Source: Candidatus Dadabacteria bacterium (GTDB lineage: Bacteria > Desulfobacterota_D > UBA1144 > Nemesobacterales > CSP1-2). From it: 14,775 bases of DNA. The stretch covers positions 29,119 through 43,893 of the forward strand of contig PSLL01000001.1 of assembly GCA_040289575.1 (NCBI GenBank). The letters are read 5' to 3'. Shown piece by piece: positions 8,554 through 14,775 of this stretch. Positions within the stretch are counted from its first letter, which is position 1, and each line of letters opens with the position of its first letter. The translations under genes and the position numbers were made by a program. The notes under the pieces were generated by a model. That model searched no databases and had not been told where the DNA came from. It saw only the letters and a program-made list of their open reading frames with translations.

Positions 8554-10518
8554 TCATTTTGTTCGTTGCCTTTGTCCGGTTTTATTTACTAGCCTCTTTA
8601 ATCCAAGCATTGACGCAGGAATAAGAATAATTAAAAGATTGAAGAATACCCCTTGTCCTAATCCGGTTTGTCCACCAATGGCACATCCTCCTCCGCCATT
8701 ACTGCTTCCACCACTATTTGATGGAGGCTGCGTTGCGGGTGGTTTTGTCGCTCCTCCCGGTACAGACTTAACGGCTGAGAGTGCGTCAATCCTTCCAAAA
8801 CCGAATATATTGTCCGCCCCGCTCGGACCCAAGTCCACGGCGGTGTTTTCAAGAGCGCTCTTGACCTGGTCGGGCTTAAGGCTTGGATTTTTACTCAATA
8901 TGAGCGCGGCGACCCCGGCTACATGAGGGGCAGACCCGGAGGTTCCGCAGAGAATAAAGCCGCCCATTCCGTCGGGGCTGCCAAAACCTCCCGCGCCGGT
9001 TATGTGAATGTCGTCAGGCGCAACAACATCGGGTTTTAACCTTTGTTCAAATGAGGGGAAGAAGATTGCCTCCGGTCCCTGAGAACTAAATGTTTCGATC
9101 TGATTGGGACCCGATGCGCTAGAGCAGAACTGATTGCTTGTTGCAGGAACCGCACCTACGGCAATGACATCCGTTGCAGCGGGATGTCCCCATACGGTAT
9201 CGGAAGGAACATTAAAATCCGGTGATACTTCGGTCCCATTGCTAGAGAATATCGCTAGGGTCTTAGGTGTGCCGCTAAAGAGGTTTACCGCCGCGAATAC
9301 TGTAACAACCCCAGAGGTATTGTTCTGAAACAAAACTTTCTCTAAAGGATCTTGAGAGCCGTTTTGCAGGTTCGTACTGCTATCGAGTAGATGTCCATTA
9401 TTATCAAATAGATAGAGATCATAGTCGTTTGAAGAACCACCAAAAGGGTCATTCCACTGGAGAACAATGACAGCCTGTTGATTTGGCCCTACAAGAATTG
9501 GCAAAAGGGTAGTGCTGGTCTTTCCTATGGCGGCACCAAAGTCCATGAAATGACTCCCATTGGATTGCATTTCGGGCGGGGCTTCAACGTAGGGTGCCTG
9601 ATAGTGTTTATCAGCCTCATTTCCGGCAGCCGATACGAAAACGACACCGTTTTTAACGGCATTTTCTGCCTCTTGAGCTATCGGTCCATCTTGAAAATTC
9701 GGCTCGTCGAAAAATCCAATATCATCAACAATAACATTCACCTGGGCGGTATTAACTAAATAATCTATGGAGCTAATAAATTCCATACTGGTATTACCAC
9801 TTGAAAATGCAAGATCGGCTCCTGGCGCTATGTCATATATGATTTCAAGTAGAGCCGTTCCTTCATCCCCGCTTCCCGGAAGCTTAGAGTTAACCTCTAT
9901 GTTGTTAGGGAGGTCACCTGTTTTCTGTGAGGCTGCCCTGTGGTCAACGCCGTCTGAAATAACCCCGACTTTTACCCCGCTGCCATCGAATCCGAGGTCA
10001 CTGCGTACAATGTTGGATTGTATTACGGCATCACCTTCGGAGTTAACAGAACCTGTTCTCGGTCTCCCATAGCTTGGAGGCGTGATCTTTTTTACAAAAC
10101 TTAGGTTTGCTACTTCTTCCACTTTATCAAACGGAATCCATCCCTGAATTATATTGTATTTTGTACTCACAATCTCAATCTTTACGCCGATTGATTCTAT
10201 CCCCGATATGCTCTCTTTATTCGTGTCTTGCACGTAGATATAAGCTTGAATATTGCCGCTTTCATCCACCTTAACGAGTGGATTTGAGAGTGAGAGGGCG
10301 TGGAGCGCCGAGGCATTTTCCTTGGTCATGCCAAGCGACTTCATTTTGGTGACTGTTAACATTATTCGGGAACTTATCTTTGAATCCTTCTTCTCCACTG
10401 TGGCTGGAAGCGCTTGGTCTGCAAAGGCTTGCGTATTAATAAAACCCAATGTAAATAAAACAATTAAGAAATATCCGCCCCGGCAGATATTAAGGACAGA
10501 AAAAATATTTCTCTTCAT
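8554..10518 (-). CDS. Secreted subtilase-fold (S8/S53-like) serine peptidase with propeptide and Gly-Cys C-terminal sorting signal
   Basis: Signal peptide ending TQAFA; VGVISDG (D189); GDEGTA (E219); SAAGN (N300); KPDVVAPD; GTSGSAPHVAG (S527); Pro/Ser/Gly linker; GGGGC (C612), then a hydrophobic helix and basic tail. Confidence 0.9.
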   Translation of the reverse strand: MKRNIFSVLNICRGGYFLIVLFTLGFINTQAFADQALPATVEKKDSKISSRIMLTVTKMKSLGMTKENASALHALSLSNPLVKVDESGNIQAYIYVQDTNKESISGIESIGVKIEIVSTKYNIIQGWIPFDKVEEVANLSFVKKITPPSYGRPRTGSVNSEGDAVIQSNIVRSDLGFDGSGVKVGVISDGVDHRAASQKTGDLPNNIEVNSKLPGSGDEGTALLEIIYDIAPGADLAFSSGNTSMEFISSIDYLVNTAQVNVIVDDIGFFDEPNFQDGPIAQEAENAVKNGVVFVSAAGNEADKHYQAPYVEAPPEMQSNGSHFMDFGAAIGKTSTTLLPILVGPNQQAVIVLQWNDPFGGSSNDYDLYLFDNNGHLLDSSTNLQNGSQDPLEKVLFQNNTSGVVTVFAAVNLFSGTPKTLAIFSSNGTEVSPDFNVPSDTVWGHPAATDVIAVGAVPATSNQFCSSASGPNQIETFSSQGPEAIFFPSFEQRLKPDVVAPDDIHITGAGGFGSPDGMGGFILCGTSGSAPHVAGVAALILSKNPSLKPDQVKSALENTAVDLGPSGADNIFGFGRIDALSAVKSVPGGATKPPATQPPSNSGGSSNGGGGCAIGGQTGLGQGVFFNLLIILIPASMLGLKRLVNKTGQRQRTK

Positions 10519-10570
10519 ATCCTTTCTCCTTTGTGTTTTTTGTCTGTTATAATATATACAGTCACTGGCT

Positions 10571-10612
10571 TAATAGTATACCAATAATAGTATACCAATA
10601 GCAGTATATAAG
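10571..10612. repeat. 14-bp tandem direct repeat in a divergent promoter region
   Basis: TAATAGTATACCAA twice exactly (10571-10584, 10585-10598), plus a degenerate third copy TAGCAGTATATAAG (10599-10612). Confidence 0.85.
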
Positions 10613-10681
10613 GTGCCTTGTGCTTATTGAAATTGTGCATTTCTCTATTTTGATGTAGGATATTTATAGAGGTTTTAGATT

Positions 10682-11134
10682 GTGAAGATAAATAAAACCG
10701 TTGCCGGAGAACGCATTGATGGTTTTATCAGGCGATGTCGGGATCTGGGGGTCAAGGTGACTCCTCAGAGGGTTGCCATATATAGGGAGCTTATGAGCAC
10801 AGGTGAACATCCCAGCGCCGAGATAATATATAAGAAGGTCAAGAGCTATTACTCAAACATCTCTCTTACGACAATTTACAGGACACTGGAAACCTTTGAA
10901 AAACTCGGAATCATCTCTGTGGCAAATGTTCTCCATGATACCGCGCGCTACGATGCCAATCTGGACCACCATCACCACTTGGTGTGTATTGTGTGTAAGA
11001 AGGTAGAGGATTTCTACGACGATTCACTTGCCAATTTGGGTCTCTCTAAAAAATCCATAGATAACTACAAAGTGCTTAGCTATACCGTTCAAATAAACGG
11101 TATCTGCAAAAACTGCCAGAAAAGGAAATCTTAA
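10682..11134 (+). CDS. Fur family transcriptional regulator, PerR-like
   Basis: TPQR, HPSAE, TIYRTL, RYD, HHH.VCIVC, VED and C-terminal CKNC. This His/Asp/His/His/Asp ligand set with two CxxC motifs matches PerR. GTG start. Confidence 0.88.
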   Translation: MKINKTVAGERIDGFIRRCRDLGVKVTPQRVAIYRELMSTGEHPSAEIIYKKVKSYYSNISLTTIYRTLETFEKLGIISVANVLHDTARYDANLDHHHHLVCIVCKKVEDFYDDSLANLGLSKKSIDNYKVLSYTVQINGICKNCQKRKS

Positions 11135-11191
11135 AAATCACTAACGGCTCTGGAGCCGGTAATTTCGCTTGGCAGCCGGTAGGGGATTTAT

Positions 11192-11211
11192 ATTGTGGCG
11201 GCGTTCACAAT
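11192..11211. promoter_or_regulatory. CRP/FNR-family-like operator upstream of the ferritin-like gene
   Basis: ATTGTGG-CGGCGT-TCACAAT, i.e. TTGTGg-N6-TCACAA, 11 of 12 matches to TTGTGA-N6-TCACAA. Confidence 0.45.
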
Positions 11212-11244
11212 TGGCTTTTAAATATACCAATGAGGAGGAATAAA

Positions 11245-11724
11245 ATGAAAAGAAAAGGGGTTGAAATCATAGATTTAAGCGTTGAAGAGCTTATCAGGGA
11301 CCTCAATAAAGCTCTGGCGGCTGAGGCAATTGCCGCATACCGATATAAGATACTTTCAAAGATTGTTTCGGGTGTTAATTCTCTTCATATAGCCGAGATG
11401 TTTGAGGAGATGTCTAATGAGGAATGGGGTCATGTTGGACTATTCATGGAACGAATCGTTCAGCTTGAGGGGGAGCCTATTTTAAATACATCGGATTGGG
11501 AAAAACATTCATATTCAACCCATAAAGATATACCTAGGGACCCAACCGATATACAGAAGATGATTAGAGACAGCCTTGAAACCGAAAGAGAGGCGATTGA
11601 ATTCTACAACAACCTGCATCATAAGACTCAGCACGCAGACCCGGTTACGGCGCAAATGATTGTAAAAATCCTTGCTGACGAAATAGAGGATGAGGATAAG
11701 CTCCTTAGACTTTTGAGCGGATAA
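11245..11724 (+). CDS. Ferritin-like protein, DpsL/bacterioferritin-related
   Basis: LNKALAAE, EEWGH, ERIVQLEGEP, ETEREAIEFY, DPVT and ILADE motifs. I moved the start from 11230 to ATG 11245 because SD AGGAGG lies at 11233-11238. Confidence 0.88.
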   Translation: MKRKGVEIIDLSVEELIRDLNKALAAEAIAAYRYKILSKIVSGVNSLHIAEMFEEMSNEEWGHVGLFMERIVQLEGEPILNTSDWEKHSYSTHKDIPRDPTDIQKMIRDSLETEREAIEFYNNLHHKTQHADPVTAQMIVKILADEIEDEDKLLRLLSG

Positions 11725-11776
11725 TCGCATTAAAAGCAAGATTTATTTTATGAGATTTGGGCTGGGTCGGAGATAA

Positions 11777-11808
11777 GGGACTGTTTCTCCCTAAGTAGGA
11801 ATAGTCCC
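11777..11808 (+). terminator. Stem-loop downstream of the ferritin-like gene, possible terminator
   Basis: GGGACTGTTTCT pairs with AGGAATAGTCCC (12 bp including 2 G-U pairs, 8-nt loop). The tail is pyrimidine-rich but not pure U. Confidence 0.4.
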
Positions 11809-11947
11809 CTCATTCTTCTTACACAACAGAACACGCTGAGTTCAGGCATTGAGGGGTTTTCTCTATTCGGTATTTTATGTTTTTAAATTGGCCTTCTTCC
11901 ATTTGAAAATTAACCTGATTCCAAACATAGATTTTTAGGAGCAAACG

Positions 11948-12715
11948 ATGAAAAAGAGCTTTGAAGACGTCGTGGAACTATCCAAGTATCTTAGAAGTGC
12001 CGAAGGGTGTCCTTGGGATAGAGAACAGACGCTTGAGACGCTCAGGTCTTTTATACTTGAGGAGGCTTACGAAGTGATTGGGGCGATTGATGCAAATGAC
12101 TTTCATGAACTCATGGAAGAACTGGGCGATCTGCTTTATCAAGTCGTCTTTGCGTCTCAAATATGCGGCGAAGAAGGGAAATTCGATATAGAAGACGTGT
12201 TAAGAGAGCTTTACTATAAATTGATGAGGCGCCACCTACATGTATTTGGAGATCAGAGGGCAAAAGATGCGGAGGATGCTGTAAAGAGATGGCACGGGGA
12301 AAAGATGAAGGAAAAAAACAGGAAGAGAAGTCTTCTTGAAATCCCCCGGTCTATGCCTGCGCTCCTTCGCGCTCAGAGGGTTGGAGAAAAGGCGTCCCGG
12401 ATCGGTTTTGATTGGGAAAAAACCTCTGATGTGATAGAGAAGGTAAAAGAAGAATTGGGGGAGCTTCAAAAAGCGATAGAAGGCGGAGAGAAAAATTCAA
12501 TAGAGAAAGAATGGGGGGATTTGGTCTTTTCTTTGGTGAATCTTGGAAGGTTTCTAAAACTCGATGCGGAGGCCTCGGCACATAAGGCGATTGATGGGTT
12601 TATAGAGAGATTTAATCGGATTGAAGAGAAGGCAAAGGAGAGGAATAGGACTCTATCGGAGCTTACGCTCAGGGAGATGGATGAGCTTTGGGAAGAGGTA
12701 AAAAGAGAAAATTAA
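11948..12715 (+). CDS. mazG: Nucleoside triphosphate pyrophosphohydrolase MazG
   Basis: GCPWDREQT, EEAYEV, EELGDLL, RRH.HVFG and a second domain KVKEELGE..E.GDLVFSLVN; SD AGGAG. Confidence 0.96.
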   Translation: MKKSFEDVVELSKYLRSAEGCPWDREQTLETLRSFILEEAYEVIGAIDANDFHELMEELGDLLYQVVFASQICGEEGKFDIEDVLRELYYKLMRRHLHVFGDQRAKDAEDAVKRWHGEKMKEKNRKRSLLEIPRSMPALLRAQRVGEKASRIGFDWEKTSDVIEKVKEELGELQKAIEGGEKNSIEKEWGDLVFSLVNLGRFLKLDAEASAHKAIDGFIERFNRIEEKAKERNRTLSELTLREMDELWEEVKREN

Positions 12716-12717
12716 GG

Positions 12718-13932
12718 TTACAAACTCAAGTTTTTCCCTAAAAGCATCCCAACGAGCTTCCATCCCTCATCTACAAAAATCCCTGTCTTGGAAGCGGAGA
12801 TTTCGGAAAATGTTTGATCCTTATTTTTCACACTGCTATCTATTGAACTGAGAATCGCAAATGGCACGGGTTCATTTACATGGGTCTTTAACTCAATAGG
12901 GGTTGGATGATCCGAGAGAAGGAGGATTTTATAATCATCAAACCTTTTTATTCCCTCAAGTACTGGCCCTATTATGCGGCTGTCAAAATCCTCTATAGCG
13001 CGGATTTTTAGGTCTACTTTTCCTTCATGTCCTGTCTCGTCCGTCGCCTCAATGTGGATCATTACAAGGTCAACCTCATCCAATGCGCGGAGGGCATACT
13101 GAACCTTGCCTTCATAGTTTGTATCGAGGTAACCTGTAGCCCCCGGTACGTTTATCACCCGAAGCCCGGCATAAACCCCTATTCCCTTGACCAGGTCTAC
13201 CGCCGATATAACAGCGCCCTCAATCCCGTAGAGTTCCCTAAACCTTGGCATCCTTGGTGCCCTTCCCTGACCCCAGAGCCAGATACTTGTAGCGGGATTT
13301 TTATCGCGCTCTATTCTTTTGCGGTTTATCGGATGATTCTTTAAGAGCTCCTTCGATTTCTCAATAAGATGCCTGAGCTTATCTGCTCCTTCTCCAGTCG
13401 GTAAATATGGCATAACGTCCCTCCCTGAAATATCATGCGGCGGGGTTGTTTTCATCTTATCAGTGCCGCCATGCCACACCATGAGATGTCTGTAGCTAAC
13501 ACCCGGATAGAGCTTTATATCATCTTCCTCAAGCCCTTTTCTTATATCGAGGATAATCTCTCTCGCCTCTTCGGTCGATATATGCCCCGCGCTGTAGTCA
13601 TCCATGATTGTTTTTCCATATGAATCAGTAAGCGTAACGAGATTGCATCTGAATGTAACATCCGACTCCTTCACATCTACGCCGATGCTTGCCGCCTCAA
13701 GCGGAGACCTCCCCGTGTAGTAGAGATTGGGATTGTATCCAAGAACACTCAGGTTTCCGACATCGCTCCCCGGAGGAAGCCCATCGGGTATGGTTTTTAC
13801 CAGCCCCAAAATGCCCCTTCTTGCAATCTCATCCATGTATGGGGTTTTTGCGACCTCAAGCGGAGTTTTATTGCCGAGTTCCGGAATCGGGTGATCCGGC
13901 ATCCCATCGCCTTGAAGTATCACGATTTTCAT
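12718..13932 (-). CDS. apgM: Cofactor-independent phosphoglycerate mutase, archaeal type (ApgM family)
   Basis: DGMPD, KTPLE.A.TP..D, PGSDVGN (phospho-Ser), YTGRSPLEA, DETGH, SDHPTP and TH..PVPF motifs. Confidence 0.9.
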   Translation of the reverse strand: MKIVILQGDGMPDHPIPELGNKTPLEVAKTPYMDEIARRGILGLVKTIPDGLPPGSDVGNLSVLGYNPNLYYTGRSPLEAASIGVDVKESDVTFRCNLVTLTDSYGKTIMDDYSAGHISTEEAREIILDIRKGLEEDDIKLYPGVSYRHLMVWHGGTDKMKTTPPHDISGRDVMPYLPTGEGADKLRHLIEKSKELLKNHPINRKRIERDKNPATSIWLWGQGRAPRMPRFRELYGIEGAVISAVDLVKGIGVYAGLRVINVPGATGYLDTNYEGKVQYALRALDEVDLVMIHIEATDETGHEGKVDLKIRAIEDFDSRIIGPVLEGIKRFDDYKILLLSDHPTPIELKTHVNEPVPFAILSSIDSSVKNKDQTFSEISASKTGIFVDEGWKLVGMLLGKNLSL

Positions 13933-13941
13933 AAGCGTAGA

Positions 13942-13970
13942 AGATTAAATGCTTTTAGAAAATATATCAA
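13942..13970 (-). promoter_or_regulatory. Putative sigma70 promoter of apgM, giving a near-leaderless transcript
   Basis: TTGATA (13970-13965), 17 nt spacer, TAATCT (13947-13942), 9 nt before the ATG. No SD. Confidence 0.45.
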
Positions 13971-14051
13971 GGAGAGATGCTTTCCTTCGGATCATCGGCT
14001 ACCATAATTGTTGAGCCTAGGTCGGTATCAAGCGAATTTAGCCTTATCGAT

Positions 14052-14775
14052 TTAAGGGGAAATTTTAAATATAAAGGCATCGTCTATACCGCCATAAGTG
14101 GTCTGGAATGCCCCCTCGGTGGTAGTAAAATCGGTTGAACTGGTGGTAGAACCCGCTACGTATGCATTGCCCGAGGAGTCAACAGTGATGCCATTGGCTT
14201 CATCATCATCGCTGCCACCGAGGTATGTGGAGTAGGTAAAATAGGATCAATGACTAGCAGCTTACCGGTATCATACCGCGCTAATTCAAACCTCACCTGA
14301 TTCTTGCCTTTTATCACATAACGGCCTTCTATGAATTGTCTTTTGCCGACCCCGGCTGTTTGTTGATACACGACTGGTTTGTGAAATATAATTTCTTCTC
14401 CTTTCACCATGCCTAACACCAAATCGCCGTCGGCATTGACCTTGATCTTGGTAGCGCCTTCAAAGCCCAGTTGTATGTCCTTGGGATTAGCCCCGGGAGC
14501 AACAACAAAGTCGTACTCCAGCTGTCTCTGACCGCCGTAATAAACTAGGTCTATACCGGGATAAATTTCTTCATATTTTACTTTAGCGTAGTTTGGAATA
14601 TTCGTGTGTCACTTCTTCGGATTGCTTCCAATAAAATAGTTGCTTTTACCATGTAGTTCCTCAAGTCCCGATACATGAGCCTGGGGATTTGCACTAATCA
14701 GCTTCATTAATAGGGTGATTTGTCTCTCTTGTGTCTTGTGCATTCTGATATTGTCCTTGCGGATGGCCTCAGTTT
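14052..14775 (-). pseudogene. Disrupted SBBP-repeat (beta-propeller) surface protein gene; 5' part lies outside the window
   Basis: My translation: ...[52 protein letters not shown]...LVIDPIL. There is an in-frame TGA at 14611-14609. After a 1-nt frameshift near 14236 it reads YSTYLGGSDDDEANGITVDSSGNAYVAGST...DAFIFKISP* (stop 14054-14052). Confidence 0.88.

Noticed and set aside
10571..10612. Tandem repeat as a CRISPR array
   Set aside because: The units are 14 bp and adjacent, with no spacers and no cas genes.
11245..11724. Ferritin-like protein as encapsulin cargo
   Set aside because: No encapsulin gene in the window and no C-terminal targeting extension.
11948..12715. MazG as part of a toxin-antitoxin or anti-phage system
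   Set aside because: It is the ordinary two-domain housekeeping form, with no mazEF or defence genes adjacent.
14156..14422. 88-aa ORF as an independent gene
   Set aside because: It is an internal fragment of the SBBP pseudogene, and its C-terminus is out-of-frame sequence.
14609..14611. TGA at a Trp position as evidence of recoding (TGA=Trp or Sec)
   Set aside because: eda, the beta-flower gene and the protease end in TGA, the intact genes contain Trp with no internal TGA, and the same gene also has a frameshift. Decay is the simpler explanation.

Overview
Chromosomal bacterial window with mostly core and metabolic genes. The gene set suggests a Desulfobacterota/Dadabacteria-like lineage, but that is inference only. 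From left to right: rplY (partial) and prs; a PPOX-class (probably F420-binding) split-barrel protein; an alpha-glucan/sugar block on the minus strand (eda, GH57/DUF3536, glgA, ROK glucokinase); a small 4-fold beta-flower-like gene followed by a REP-like palindrome; a secreted subtilase with Glu in place of the catalytic His and a Gly-Cys/TM/basic C-terminal sorting signal; a divergent PerR-like regulator and a DpsL-like ferritin that lacks both the usual cysteines and the last ferroxidase His; mazG; an archaeal-type phosphoglycerate mutase; and a decayed SBBP beta-propeller gene at the right edge. I saw no CRISPR array, tRNA, rRNA or intact mobile element. I cannot demonstrate a new multi-gene system from sequence alone. 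The best leads are the subtilase/PerR/atypical-ferritin divergon, the GlgA plus GH57-DUF3536 glucan module and the beta-flower gene. All family assignments come from motif recognition by eye; no searches were run.
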